Shown: positions 1 to 9,344 of the stretch, piece by piece
How positions within the stretch are numbered: position 1 is the stretch's first letter
Layout: the number at the start of each line of letters is the position of its first letter
Assembly: GCA_037388025.1 (NCBI GenBank)
Contig: JARRKO010000039.1
Location: forward strand, 10,295 to 74,294
Source of the DNA: Syntrophobacterales bacterium
GTDB taxonomy: Bacteria > Desulfobacterota > Desulfobaccia > Desulfobaccales > 0-14-0-80-60-11
Length of the DNA: 64,000 nt
Reading direction: 5' to 3'
The notes under the pieces: generated by a model
Database searches by the model: none
The model's input: the letters and a program-made list of their open reading frames with translations, nothing else
What the model was told of the DNA's origin: nothing
Made by a program: the position numbers and the translations under genes

Positions 1-383
1 ACCTGTTTAACGGCCTGTCCAAAGTGGCCCGGGAACGGGAGGCCAGGGCCCAGGCGGCCCAAGCCCAGGAGCAGCAGCGGGAGTTTCTGGACCATATCCG
101 CCACCAGGTAACCGAAAGCGTGGAGCACCTGAAAACGGCCCACGCCCGCCTTAAGGTGGGCCGGGCCGCGGTGGAGCAGGCCCGGGAGAGCCTGCGCCTC
201 ATCCGTTTGCGCTATGAGGCGGGCCTCACCATCCTGGTGGACCTGCTCACCGCAGAAGACGCCAAAAAAGAGGCGGATCTGAACTATCTCACGGCCTTGT
301 TTGATACCCACCTGGCCCAGGCAGGGCTGGAGTTGGCTTTGGGGACTATTTCGGGGCCGGTGGGGGGAAATGGAAAACCGTAG
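1..383 (+). CDS. TolC/OprM-family outer-membrane efflux protein, C-terminal fragment (gene starts upstream of window)
   Basis: Frame open from the window edge to the stop at 381-383. Helical-repeat text typical of TolC-family C-termini (SLRLIRLRYEAGL..DLLTAE). Immediately precedes the adaptor and RND pump genes. Confidence 0.7.
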   Translation, partial: LFNGLSKVAREREARAQAAQAQEQQREFLDHIRHQVTESVEHLKTAHARLKVGRAAVEQARESLRLIRLRYEAGLTILVDLLTAEDAKKEADLNYLTALFDTHLAQAGLELALGTISGPVGGNGKP

Positions 384-446
384 GGTCGACGGGCGCAGGA
401 TTGAGTTCGAAACCCGCCCCTCCATTGATGTACGGAACCTAACGAC

Positions 447-1502
447 ATGGCTACCAAGAAAAAATTAATCGGACTGAGCGCCCTGGTGGCGGGGGCCATC
501 CTGTTCATGGCCTGGCTGGCGGGGCTGCTGCACTTCGGCAAGATCCCCCCAGGCCAGGTGCACCTTAAAACAGCAATGCCCCCGGGCCGGATTCTTACTG
601 TCCAAGAAACCGAAATTCCCCGGGAACTGGAGGTCCTGGGCGGGGTGATCTCTAAAAGCCTGTCCCAGGTCTCCGCCCAGGTCCCCGGCCGCGTGGTGAA
701 AATCTGGGTGGGCTCCGGCCTCAGGGTAAAGCCCGGGGACCCCCTGGTTACCCTGTCGGCTGCGGAATACCAGGCCAAGGTCGACCGGGCCGGAGCGGCG
801 GTGGCCCAGGCCAAGGCTCAGTTGATTAAGGATAAGGCGGATTACCACCGTTACCAGGTTCTTTTTCAACAAGGTGCGGCCAGTCCCCAGGAGTTCGAGG
901 CCATGTCAGCCCGCTATAAATCCGCCCAAGCCGGCCTGGCCCAGGCGCAGGCTCAACTCTCCGAGGCCGCCACCCTGAAAGGATACACCGTAGTGCGGAC
1001 TCCCGAGGCCGCGGTGGTGGCGGAGCGCAAGGTGGCGGTGGGAGACCTGGCCCAACCCGGACAGCCGCTGATATCTCTCTACAATCCCACGCTGCTCCAG
1101 ATCGAAGGCGAGGTCAATGACAGCTACCGGGAGCAAGTTAAGGTGGGGGGGAAGGCCAAAGCCAGCGTCCCTGCGGTGAATTTTACAGCTCCTCTTCCCA
1201 TCGCCGAAATCTTTCCCATCAGCGCCTCCGGGAGCCGGACCTTTAAGGTGCGGACCATTATCTTTCAGAACCCGGTCCTGGTGCCAGGGATGTTTGCCCG
1301 CCTTTCCCTGCCCCTGGCCCCCACCCGGGGCATCCTTATTCCCAAAGATGCAGTGGACATCGTGGGCCAGCTCACCATGGTCAAGGTGGTGGTGGACCAC
1401 ACGGCCCAGATGCGCCAGGTGAAGCTGGGGCGACAAGTTGATGATAAAGTGGTAGTTCTGGCGGGATTGCAGCCTGGTAGTAAGATTCTGGTGCCCAAAT
1501 AA
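447..1502 (+). CDS. Efflux RND transporter periplasmic adaptor subunit (HlyD/MFP family)
   Basis: 351 aa with an N-terminal TM anchor, a coiled-coil region (AEYQAKVDRAGAAVAQAKAQL) and beta-barrel text. Stop lies 2 nt before the RND permease start. Confidence 0.85.
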   Translation: MATKKKLIGLSALVAGAILFMAWLAGLLHFGKIPPGQVHLKTAMPPGRILTVQETEIPRELEVLGGVISKSLSQVSAQVPGRVVKIWVGSGLRVKPGDPLVTLSAAEYQAKVDRAGAAVAQAKAQLIKDKADYHRYQVLFQQGAASPQEFEAMSARYKSAQAGLAQAQAQLSEAATLKGYTVVRTPEAAVVAERKVAVGDLAQPGQPLISLYNPTLLQIEGEVNDSYREQVKVGGKAKASVPAVNFTAPLPIAEIFPISASGSRTFKVRTIIFQNPVLVPGMFARLSLPLAPTRGILIPKDAVDIVGQLTMVKVVVDHTAQMRQVKLGRQVDDKVVVLAGLQPGSKILVPK

Positions 1503-1504
1503 CC

Positions 1505-4500
1505 ATGGCCAACAAACCTGAAGACCTCCATCTCGGCTTCACAGCTCGCCTGGTTAAAGTCTTTCTGCTGTCCAAGCTCCCCACGATTATCATCATCGTC
1601 TGCCTCCTGGCCGGCCTCATGGCCCTGCTCTTCACCCCCCGGGAAGAAGATCCCCAGATCAAGGTGCCCATGGTGGACATCCTCATCCAGTTTCCCGGGG
1701 CTTCCCCTGAAGAAGTGGAAAACCTGGTCGTCATCAATCTCGAGAAAAAACTCTGGGAGATGGAAGGCTTAAAAGATATCTATTCCCAGGCCAAAGACGG
1801 CTTCGCGGTGGTGACCGCCAGGTTCAAGGTGGGGGAGAACCTGGAGAGCAGCCTGTTCAAGGTCTATAACAAGGTCTTTTCCAACATTGACCAGGTGCCG
1901 TCGGGGGTGACGGGCTGGGTGGTCAAGCCCATGAACATCAACGACGTGCCCATCGTCACCTTGAGCCTGTACAGCAACTCCGCGGACGACTACCAGCTGC
2001 GGCGGGTGGCGGACGAGTTGCTGCACCGCCTGCAAAGCATCCCGGACACGGGCCGCACCTATGTGGTGGCGGGTCGGCGGCGCCAGGTGCGGGTGGTGGC
2101 CGACCCGGTCCGCCTCGCGGGCCATAACCTGGATTTGGCTGCGGTAGCGAAGGCGATTGAAGTGAGCAACGTCAATCTGCCGGCGGGCCATTTTTCCAAG
2201 CAGGACCGGGAATACCTGGTGCAGGCCGGGCCGTTCCTCAAGAGCTCCGACGAGGTCGCCGACCTGGTGGTGGGGGTGCATCAGGGCAAGCCGGTGTACC
2301 TGAAGGACGTGGCGGACGTCATTGACGGGCCGGAAGAGCCGGTAAAAATGAGCACCATTGCCTTCGGCCCCACCGAGGAACTGCCGCCGGGCTACGAGCG
2401 GGGAACGTTTTACCCGTCAGTGACCATGGCTCTGGCCAAACGGACCGGCACCAACGCCGTGACGGTGGCCGAAGGCATCCTGCACAAGCTGGACGAGCTG
2501 AAAAAGGAGGTCATCCCGCCCAACATCCGGGTGAAAGTAACCCGGGACTATGGCGAGACCGCCAACGAGAAGGTCAACGAACTCATCCGGGAACTTTTGA
2601 TTGCGGTGCTGTCCATCACCGTGCTCCTGACCCTGTTCCTGGGGTGGCGGGAGGCCCTGATTGTGGCCCTGGCGGTGCCCCTGACCCTGGCCATTACACT
2701 GTCCGGCAACATGATGTTCGGCTATACCATAAACCGGGTGACATTGTTTGCCCTGATCCTCTCCCTGGGGCTGCTGGTGGATGACCCCATTATTGACGTG
2801 GAGAACATCCACCGCCATTTCCAGCTGCGGGACCACCCGCCCCTGGAGGCTACCCTGGTGGCGGTGGATGAGGTCCGGGCCCCCACCATCCTGGCCACCT
2901 TCACGGTCATTATCAGCTTCATCCCCATGTACTTCGTTACCGGCATGATGGGGCCGTATATGCGGCCCATGCCGTTGAACGTGCCCCTGGCCATGCTCAT
3001 GAGCCTGGCCATCGCCTTCACGGTCACGCCCTGGGCCACCTATCATCTGTTGAAGAAGGAGTACGGCAAGGAGGCCAAGCCCTTTGTCCTGGAGGAGACC
3101 TGGATCTATCGAAAATATACCGGGATTATGAAACCTCTCCTGGACAGCCGCCGCAAAGGCCACCTGTTCCTGCTGGGGGTCGTGGTCTTGTTTCTCATAT
3201 CTGTGTCCCTGCCGGTCCTGAACCTGGTGCCCCTGAAGATGCTGCCGTTTGACAACAAAAACGATTTTCTGGTAGTGGCGGATATGCCCAACGACACTAC
3301 CCTGGAGGGCACCCAACAGGCCCTGGAGGCCTTCGGCCGGTACCTGACCACGGTCTCGGAGGTGGACAACGTGGTCAACTTCGCCGGGGTGAGCGCCCCC
3401 ATTGATTTTAACGGCTTGGTGCGCCACTACTACCTCATGCAGGGGCCGTGGGTAGGCCAGACCCGGGTCAACCTGGTGGAGAAGCAGAAGCGGTCTGCCG
3501 CGTCTCATGCCATCGCCCTGTGGATCAGGCCGGAAATGCAAAAGATCGCCCGGAAATACCAGGTGCGCATGAAGATCGTGGAAGTGCCCCCGGGGCCGCC
3601 GGATATGCAGACCCTGGTGGCGGAAGTCTACGGGCCCCCCGGGGCTTCCTATGCCAGCATTATCCAGGCCGCCCAGCAGGTAAAGGGATTCTTCCTGAAG
3701 ACGAAAAACGTGGTGGATGTGGACGCCTCGGTGGAGACCCCCGAACCCCGCTTCCGGTTCCTGGTGGATAAACAGAAAGCGGCCTTAAGCGGCTTGAGCC
3801 AAGCCCAGATCACCCAGGGCCTGGCCATGGCCGAAGCCGGCAAGGACGTGGGTCGGGTCCACCTGTCCAGGGAGCGCCTCCCCCTGGAGATCTTTCTCAG
3901 GGGCCCTCTGGCCTGGCGCTCCTCCATTCTGAGCCTGGGGCAGCTCTACTTCAAAAACCCGCAAGGGGCCATGGTGCCTTTGCAGGAACTGGGTCATTTC
4001 GACCTGGACCTGGCCCCCAAATCCATCGTACGGAAAAACCTGGAGCGGTTGGTATACGTCACCGGCAATACCGCGGGGTTGAGCCCGGTGAACGCCATCA
4101 TCGACCTGATGGAGGACACCGGGCGCAATCCCCTGCCCCCGGGCTACCGGGTCAATTATGCCGGCGAAGGGGAGTGGAAGATCACGGTGCAAGTCTTCCG
4201 GGATCTGGGTATTGCCTTCGCCGGGGCCCTGGTGGGTATCTATATCCTGCTGGTGCTTCAGACCTCGTCATACACCATGCCGCTGGTGATCATGGTGGCC
4301 ATTCCCCTGACCATGATAGGGGTGATGCCCGGGTTTGCCCTGCTAAACGCCCTCTTCACGACGCCTGTGAAGGGCTACGCGAACCCCATCTACTTCACCG
4401 CCACCGCCATGATCGGCATGATCGCGCTGGCCGGTATTGTGGTGCGCAATTCCATCATTCTCATCGACTTCATCCACCACCACCTGGATCGGGGCTATAG

Positions 4501-4741
4501 CCTGGAGGATGCGGTGCTGCGGTCCGGGGCGGTGAGGCTCCGGCCCATTGTGCTGACGGCCCTGGCGGCCATGTTCGGCTCCTGGGTCATCACCCTGGAC
4601 CCCATCTTTTCGGGGTTGGCCTGGTCCTTCATCTTCGGCCTGTTCGCCTCCACCATGTTTACCCTGGTGGTGGTGCCGTTGATCTACTATATGCTGGAAA
4701 ACAAAAAGCCTGCTCAGAGGAAAAACATCTCGGATCGCTAA
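1505..4741 (+). CDS. Efflux RND transporter permease subunit (AcrB/CzcA superfamily)
   Basis: 1078 aa with 12-TM RND architecture and two large periplasmic loops. Characteristic TM4 text LGLLVDDPIIDVENI. Confidence 0.9.
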   Translation: MANKPEDLHLGFTARLVKVFLLSKLPTIIIIVCLLAGLMALLFTPREEDPQIKVPMVDILIQFPGASPEEVENLVVINLEKKLWEMEGLKDIYSQAKDGFAVVTARFKVGENLESSLFKVYNKVFSNIDQVPSGVTGWVVKPMNINDVPIVTLSLYSNSADDYQLRRVADELLHRLQSIPDTGRTYVVAGRRRQVRVVADPVRLAGHNLDLAAVAKAIEVSNVNLPAGHFSKQDREYLVQAGPFLKSSDEVADLVVGVHQGKPVYLKDVADVIDGPEEPVKMSTIAFGPTEELPPGYERGTFYPSVTMALAKRTGTNAVTVAEGILHKLDELKKEVIPPNIRVKVTRDYGETANEKVNELIRELLIAVLSITVLLTLFLGWREALIVALAVPLTLAITLSGNMMFGYTINRVTLFALILSLGLLVDDPIIDVENIHRHFQLRDHPPLEATLVAVDEVRAPTILATFTVIISFIPMYFVTGMMGPYMRPMPLNVPLAMLMSLAIAFTVTPWATYHLLKKEYGKEAKPFVLEETWIYRKYTGIMKPLLDSRRKGHLFLLGVVVLFLISVSLPVLNLVPLKMLPFDNKNDFLVVADMPNDTTLEGTQQALEAFGRYLTTVSEVDNVVNFAGVSAPIDFNGLVRHYYLMQGPWVGQTRVNLVEKQKRSAASHAIALWIRPEMQKIARKYQVRMKIVEVPPGPPDMQTLVAEVYGPPGASYASIIQAAQQVKGFFLKTKNVVDVDASVETPEPRFRFLVDKQKAALSGLSQAQITQGLAMAEAGKDVGRVHLSRERLPLEIFLRGPLAWRSSILSLGQLYFKNPQGAMVPLQELGHFDLDLAPKSIVRKNLERLVYVTGNTAGLSPVNAIIDLMEDTGRNPLPPGYRVNYAGEGEWKITVQVFRDLGIAFAGALVGIYILLVLQTSSYTMPLVIMVAIPLTMIGVMPGFALLNALFTTPVKGYANPIYFTATAMIGMIALAGIVVRNSIILIDFIHHHLDRGYSLEDAVLRSGAVRLRPIVLTALAAMFGSWVITLDPIFSGLAWSFIFGLFASTMFTLVVVPLIYYMLENKKPAQRKNISDR

Positions 4742-4856
4742 AAATTCCCCTTACCCCGGCAATATGCTAAGATTGATGCTGCCCTACCCTTCTCCCTGCA
4801 CATCCTATGGGCATGGGGCATGAACTGGAAAACAATTTGGTGATACAAACTGAGCC

Positions 4857-5552
4857 GTGGATGCCAAACAAAAACTGTTTACTGAACAAGTAGAAAGAAT
4901 CATTGACAGAAAGTTTCATACCATTGCCAACCTGGACAAGACCGATTTTATCAGTCGCTACCTCACGCCATTACGAGAAACACTCGTGACATATGATATA
5001 GAGACAGTTTCTCGAGAGAATCGTCAACCGTTTTTGCTTGTGGTGCCGCACCGGATTGTGCCATTGAGCTTCCAACTGGAAAGCGTCAGAGAGAGAATGA
5101 ACCAAAAACAGCTGGAATATATTATCAAACCCGAGTGGTTTGAGAATGCGCCAGGGGTATCGACACCCGGCGAGCCGTATCTTATTTTGGATGTCGAAAC
5201 CGGGTATGCCATGCTGAATATTACTCCGAAAAAATGCATCAAGAAATTTAATCAAGAAGGAAGGTTTGGTCTAACCATTGATGAGGGCCTCGCTCTTATC
5301 ACCCATTTCCCGGAAGTTCTGGAAAGTCATTGGCTGGATTTGCCGGGCTCGGTTTTGATCCATAAATGCGCCGGCCAGGACGCGCTACAACGTGGCATGC
5401 AGAGCGCCCTGCCCCCGGGATTTGGCCTGACAACCTTTATTCCAACCTTCTACTATAAATACTACGACGATCTGAGGCTTTACTACATTAACGAAACGAC
5501 GGAAACGCCCTATTCGGGGTCGGCATCCTGTGGTAAACGGTTATCTCACTAA
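4857..5552 (+). CDS. Hypothetical protein (AT-richer orphan gene)
   Basis: 231-aa uninterrupted ORF in a visibly lower-GC stretch. GTG start, no clear SD. I recognise no family. Confidence 0.5.
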   Translation: MDAKQKLFTEQVERIIDRKFHTIANLDKTDFISRYLTPLRETLVTYDIETVSRENRQPFLLVVPHRIVPLSFQLESVRERMNQKQLEYIIKPEWFENAPGVSTPGEPYLILDVETGYAMLNITPKKCIKKFNQEGRFGLTIDEGLALITHFPEVLESHWLDLPGSVLIHKCAGQDALQRGMQSALPPGFGLTTFIPTFYYKYYDDLRLYYINETTETPYSGSASCGKRLSH

Positions 5553-5657
5553 TTATTCCCCCAGGCAGATTGAAGCATGAAAAAAGCACTAAGAGGCTGC
5601 AACATAATTTTATAAAATTCAGTATCTTACGACTTAACTCGGAAAACTACTGAGACC

Positions 5658-6737
5658 ATGCCCACAAAAATAGACCAGCATCTTCTTCAGCTCATCAATA
5701 AGATCAACTCCTCCCTTGACATTGACACGGTGCTGAACTGCGCCATGATGACGGCCGAGGAGGCCCTGCAAGCTGAGGCCAGCGCCATCTTTGAAGTGGA
5801 CGTTGACCACGGTGACCTCTTCTTCCGGCTGGCCCGAGGAGAGAAAGCCGATAAAGTCAAGTCCCTGCGCCTCAAGCTGGGAGAGGGCGTGGCCGGTTGG
5901 GTGGCCCAGACCGGCCAGGCCGTCATTGTGCCTCGAACTGAGGCTGATCCGCGCTTCAACCCCGGGTGTGACGAGCACTCAGGCTTTCAAACCCGTTCCA
6001 TCCTGTGCGTACCCTTAAAACACCAGGACCGACTTTTGGGAGTGATCCAGGTGCTCAACAAACGTCCTCCCTTGGAGTTTGACCAGGAAGATCTGGAATT
6101 ACTGACTCTCTTGGCGCAACCCATCGCGGTGGCTTTGGCAAATGCTCAGGCTTACACCCGTTTAGCGCAGGTTTCCCGACAGGTGATCAAGACCCTGTCC
6201 AAAACGGTGGAACTCAGGGACCCCTACACCGCGGGTCACCAACGGCGCGTAGCCCTGTTGGCGGTGACCATTGCCCAGGAGATGGGCTTGGATCAGGATA
6301 GGCGGGAATCTTTGCGGGTAGCCTGTACCTTGCATGACATCGGCAAGATCGTCGTGCCTGCGGAAATTCTTAGTAAGCCGGGACGTATCAACCCTCTGGA
6401 ACAGGAATTGGTGAAAAGTCACTCCCGGGTCGGTTACGAAATCTTAAAAGAGATTGATTTCCCCGGGGAGATCGCCGATTTTGTCCTCCAGCATCATGAG
6501 CGCCTGGATGGTTCCGGTTACCCGGCCGGGTTGCAAGGAGAGGAGATTTCCCTGGAGGCCCGTATCATTGCTGTGGCCGACGTCGTGGAGGCGATGATCT
6601 TTCACCGGCCTTATCGCCCCAGTTTGGGTGTGGAGAGCGCTTTGGAGGAAATCTCCCAGGAGCGGGGCAAGGGTCTGGATGCGAAGGTGGTGGATGCTTG
6701 CTGCAGGTTGTTCCAAAGAGGGTTTGACTTTGAATAG
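5658..6737 (+). CDS. GAF domain / HD-GYP domain protein (probable c-di-GMP phosphodiesterase)
   Basis: N-terminal GAF text followed by HD-GYP signatures (HDIGK and HHERLDGSGYP). Confidence 0.85.
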   Translation: MPTKIDQHLLQLINKINSSLDIDTVLNCAMMTAEEALQAEASAIFEVDVDHGDLFFRLARGEKADKVKSLRLKLGEGVAGWVAQTGQAVIVPRTEADPRFNPGCDEHSGFQTRSILCVPLKHQDRLLGVIQVLNKRPPLEFDQEDLELLTLLAQPIAVALANAQAYTRLAQVSRQVIKTLSKTVELRDPYTAGHQRRVALLAVTIAQEMGLDQDRRESLRVACTLHDIGKIVVPAEILSKPGRINPLEQELVKSHSRVGYEILKEIDFPGEIADFVLQHHERLDGSGYPAGLQGEEISLEARIIAVADVVEAMIFHRPYRPSLGVESALEEISQERGKGLDAKVVDACCRLFQRGFDFE

Positions 6738-6760
6738 GCAGCAGGGCCTGCCAGCCCAAG

Positions 6761-6793
6761 GAACCGGGCCTCGAACCAGGTTCGTTTTGTTTG
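6761..6793 (+). terminator. Possible intrinsic terminator after the HD-GYP gene
   Basis: GAACC...GGTTC inverted repeat followed by GTTTTGTTTG. Confidence 0.3.
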
Positions 6794-6883
6794 CGGCTTT
6801 TTCTAATTAATCTTGCTTTGCTGGGAGCTTTTGGACATAATCATTTTTACGCGTTAAACCATTTACTACAAGCTATCGCTCAA

Positions 6884-6905
6884 CTTTTTCTTTGAACTTT
6901 GAACC
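6884..6905. repeat. Heptad tandem repeat (TTTGAAC units)
   Basis: ctttttc tttgaac tttgaac. The 16-mer CTTTGAACTTTGAACC is identical to 58577-58592. Confidence 0.8.
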
Positions 6906-6912
6906 AAAACGC

Positions 6913-6990
6913 GGGGGCGTAGTTCAGATTGGTTAGAACGCCGGCCTGTCACGCCGGAGGTCGCGAGTTCAAGTCTCGTCGTCCCCGCCA
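6913..6990 (+). tRNA. tRNA-Asp (anticodon GTC), CCA encoded
   Basis: Manual cloverleaf: acceptor GGGGGCG/CGTCCCC, D arm GTTC..GAAC, anticodon stem CCGGC/GCCGG with loop CTGTCAC, T arm GCGAG-TTCAAGT-CTCGT, discriminator G, then CCA. Confidence 0.9.
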
Positions 6991-7043
6991 TTCACTAATT
7001 GCCAGCCTTTGCTCCTCTGTGATCCCAGATCGCACGTCTGGCT

Positions 7044-7459
7044 TCACCAGGAGCGCTTCGGGTAAATGCCTCGGGTGGGGGTAGTTGGAGGAGATACGTC
7101 TTCTGACCAGGATCGGTCCACTGCCTTGAGGTAATCCCTTCTCCCTTTGCCTACCAAGCGGTTGTTTTGAAAAACCAAGGGCGTGTAGCCCCCCCGCACG
7201 GTATCGCTCTCCGGGGATAATCCATGTTGTGAGTGCGGTAAAAGTACAGGAGAAAGTGTCCCCCCCGAAAGTTCCCTTCTTCCTTGATCTGGGGGGCGCC
7301 CATAATGCCCTCCACTTCCTCCCGACTCATCCCCAACTTCACTCCCTGCTCGCGAAAATACGTGGAAAAGATTTCTTTTTTGGGCCATTGAGTGAGGATT
7401 TTTTGCCCACAGCCACAGACCAGAGGAAAGACGATCAGCACCAGGGAAAGCCAGGACAT
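7044..7459 (-). pseudogene. Small lipoprotein (BamE/SmpA-OmlA- or DUF3192-like), apparently frameshifted
   Basis: Frame 1 (7459 down to about 7215) gives a signal peptide with lipobox (LVCGC) and GMSREEVEGIMGAPQ...LLYFYRTHNMDY. The family-like C-terminus (TPLVFQNNRLVGKG..DYL) continues only in the -1 frame, which ends at 7044. The switch is near the GGGG run at 7213-7216. Confidence 0.45.
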
Positions 7460-7757
7460 GGAGTTCTCCAGAGAAAAGCATTTTTCTCAATATAATGCCG
7501 GGTCAGGTGGGCGTCAACCTAAACCCGGCGTCCATCGACTGGAGAAAAATGGCATTTCTGATTTTTCCAATCTGATCGGCACCCTTGGCAAGCCCCCCGG
7601 ACTGGAAGCGGCACCCAATTAAAAAGCCTCTGTTCTCTGATGGTGACAATATCCTCCTGGCTTGAGAGTCTAGACTTAATCAGGGAAAGACCCAGACTTT
7701 ACCGGGGTGAGACTTTCCCACCCAGGCGGAAATTTTTTCCGACCCTCCTTTTTTCCT

Positions 7758-7958
7758 TCAATTAGGCGTGACTTCACAAACCGGGGAATCCAGGGGCTGG
7801 CCGAAGGAGTCTTTCCCATTCAAGGTCCGGGTGCGATAAAAAGTCTTGAGACGCTGGCGAATGGCCAGGCCCTCCTTCCCCATCTTGGCTAAGATGTGCT
7901 CGGTCAACGGCGCCAGATCCTCATGAGCCAGAACAGTGGTCCGTTTGTTGCGTTTCAT
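7758..7958 (-). CDS. Putative ribbon-helix-helix (CopG/Arc-like) small protein
   Basis: GGAGGGA SD before ATG at 7958. N-terminus MKRNKRTTVLAHEDLAPLTEHILAKMGKEGLAIRQRL fits a strand-helix-helix pattern. Weak call. Confidence 0.3.
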   Translation of the reverse strand: MKRNKRTTVLAHEDLAPLTEHILAKMGKEGLAIRQRLKTFYRTRTLNGKDSFGQPLDSPVCEVTPN

Positions 7959-8081
7959 CGTGGTCCCTCCACAGATATTTTGGTTCATGAACATTCAAAT
8001 TTGGTGCCACTTTGTTGTAAGGAGATTTATTTCTGTGGCAAGGTGTTTCGTGAGGTCCGCCCTAAAGCACGGGTTGGAAAG

Positions 8082-8474
8082 TTTTCTGTTTTCGGTTTTC
8101 GGTTCTCTGTAGTACTGTCTCAAAACCAAAAAAGCCTGGTGGCACAGGTGTCTTCACCTGTGCACTCTGGAATTTTCGAGCCGAGGCGTGATAATAGGCA
8201 ATTTTAGGGCGTGCCGTGCACGCCAAGCGGCCACGGGCCGCTAATAATGTTGGTGCGAATCTGGCCCCAAAATTTTATAAGGGCGGGTTTGAAACCCGCC
8301 CCTACAGGATCGCTACTGTTTTCGGTTTTCCCTAGCATTCTCCCATGAGCCGCCGCTATCGCAAAACCAGGAAAAGGTTGGTAGGGCGGGCGTCCCGCCC
8401 GCCATTTTGGAGCGCGGAGCGCACTCTAATATTCATTTGAACTCAAAACTCAAAACTCGAAACTTGAGCTTTTC
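8082..8474. repeat. Composite intergenic repeat cluster: heptad arrays plus at least five different GC-rich hairpins
   Basis: Heptads at 8082-8109 (TTTTCGG type), 8319-8332 and 8440-8467 (AACTCAA type). Hairpins: GCACAGGTG/CACCTGTGC 8142-8163; GGCGTGC/GCACGCC 8208-8224; GCGGCC/GGCCGC 8227-8241; palindrome GGGCGGGTTTGAAACCCGCCC 8281-8301; GGGCGGG-cgt-CCCGCCC 8384-8400. GGAGCGC occurs twice at 8409-8422. Confidence 0.85.
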
Positions 8475-8545
8475 CAGGCAGAAAATTGGCGCTATTCACC
8501 AGGGAAGGTCAGAATGTCAGCTGTGACCACAGATATGAAAAAAAC

Positions 8546-9247
8546 TCAGGCCAGATCGACGAATCGGAGGAAATTACCCATAAAGCGGCGGAAGGTGTCT
8601 CCAATAACGACTTCCTTCTCCTGAGCCTGAGAGGGGAGAGCTTCGGGGTCCACCTCGGTCCCCGTCAGGGCCCACTCCCGGTCGTGGGCCAGCCAGGTGG
8701 CCGCGTCCCGGGCATCGGCATGGTTGTCGAACTGCAAGCCGACCACCCGGGGATTTTCTATGATTCCTATGGCTTCCACCGGAGCGGCTTTGGAAGTGAC
8801 CAGGATGTCCAGGCCATGGGGAACCGGCATGAACACTCCCTGGCCGTGCCACTTGAAAAGGGGGAAGTTCACCGGCAGGCCCTGGAAGGCAGGGTGCCTC
8901 TGTCCCCTGGGGGTGAGATGGCCGGTGGCGAAGCCCACGGACTTTTGGGCCATTGGCCCCACCCGGCAGCCCAGCACATGGGCCAGAAGCTGGTGCCCCA
9001 GACAAAACCCCAAATAGAACCGGCCGGAGGCTATGGTCTCCTTGATCATCGCCTTGAGGGGCTTAAGATAGGGGAATTCCTCCTCCTCATCCACGTTGGG
9101 AGAGCCCCCCAGGACCACAAGACCGGCATAGGGGTCCAGGGCCGGGAGCGGCTGGTGCCAGACCTCGGCTAGGTCAAAATCGACGCGGGCTGCGGCCAAA
9201 GCCGCCAGCAGGTGTCCACCCGGCCTTTCCCAATCCATATGTTGCAC
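8546..9247 (-). CDS. Type 1 glutamine amidotransferase (GATase1) domain protein
   Basis: 233 aa with nucleophile-elbow text GFCLGHQLL and GATase1-like layout. Confidence 0.8.
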   Translation of the reverse strand: MQHMDWERPGGHLLAALAAARVDFDLAEVWHQPLPALDPYAGLVVLGGSPNVDEEEEFPYLKPLKAMIKETIASGRFYLGFCLGHQLLAHVLGCRVGPMAQKSVGFATGHLTPRGQRHPAFQGLPVNFPLFKWHGQGVFMPVPHGLDILVTSKAAPVEAIGIIENPRVVGLQFDNHADARDAATWLAHDREWALTGTEVDPEALPSQAQEKEVVIGDTFRRFMGNFLRFVDLA

Positions 9248-9344
9248 AATAAGAATTTATTTTCCGGTCACAGACGCGCTCCTTTGGAAACATGATACAG
9301 TGGAATGTAACTAAGCCGGGTGTCGGCCCTGTTATCCCTAACTT

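Noticed and set aside
7495-7660. 52-aa minus-strand ORF behind an AGGAGG box, considered as a possible toxin partner of the RHH-like ORF.
   Set aside because: It has a TTG start only 3 nt from the SD, no recognisable fold and is not contiguous with the RHH ORF. Support is insufficient.
6991-8545. Integrated mobile element at tRNA-Asp.
   Set aside because: I found no integrase or transposase ORF and no direct repeat of the tRNA 3' end. Only decayed or small ORFs and repeats are present. At most this is a remnant.
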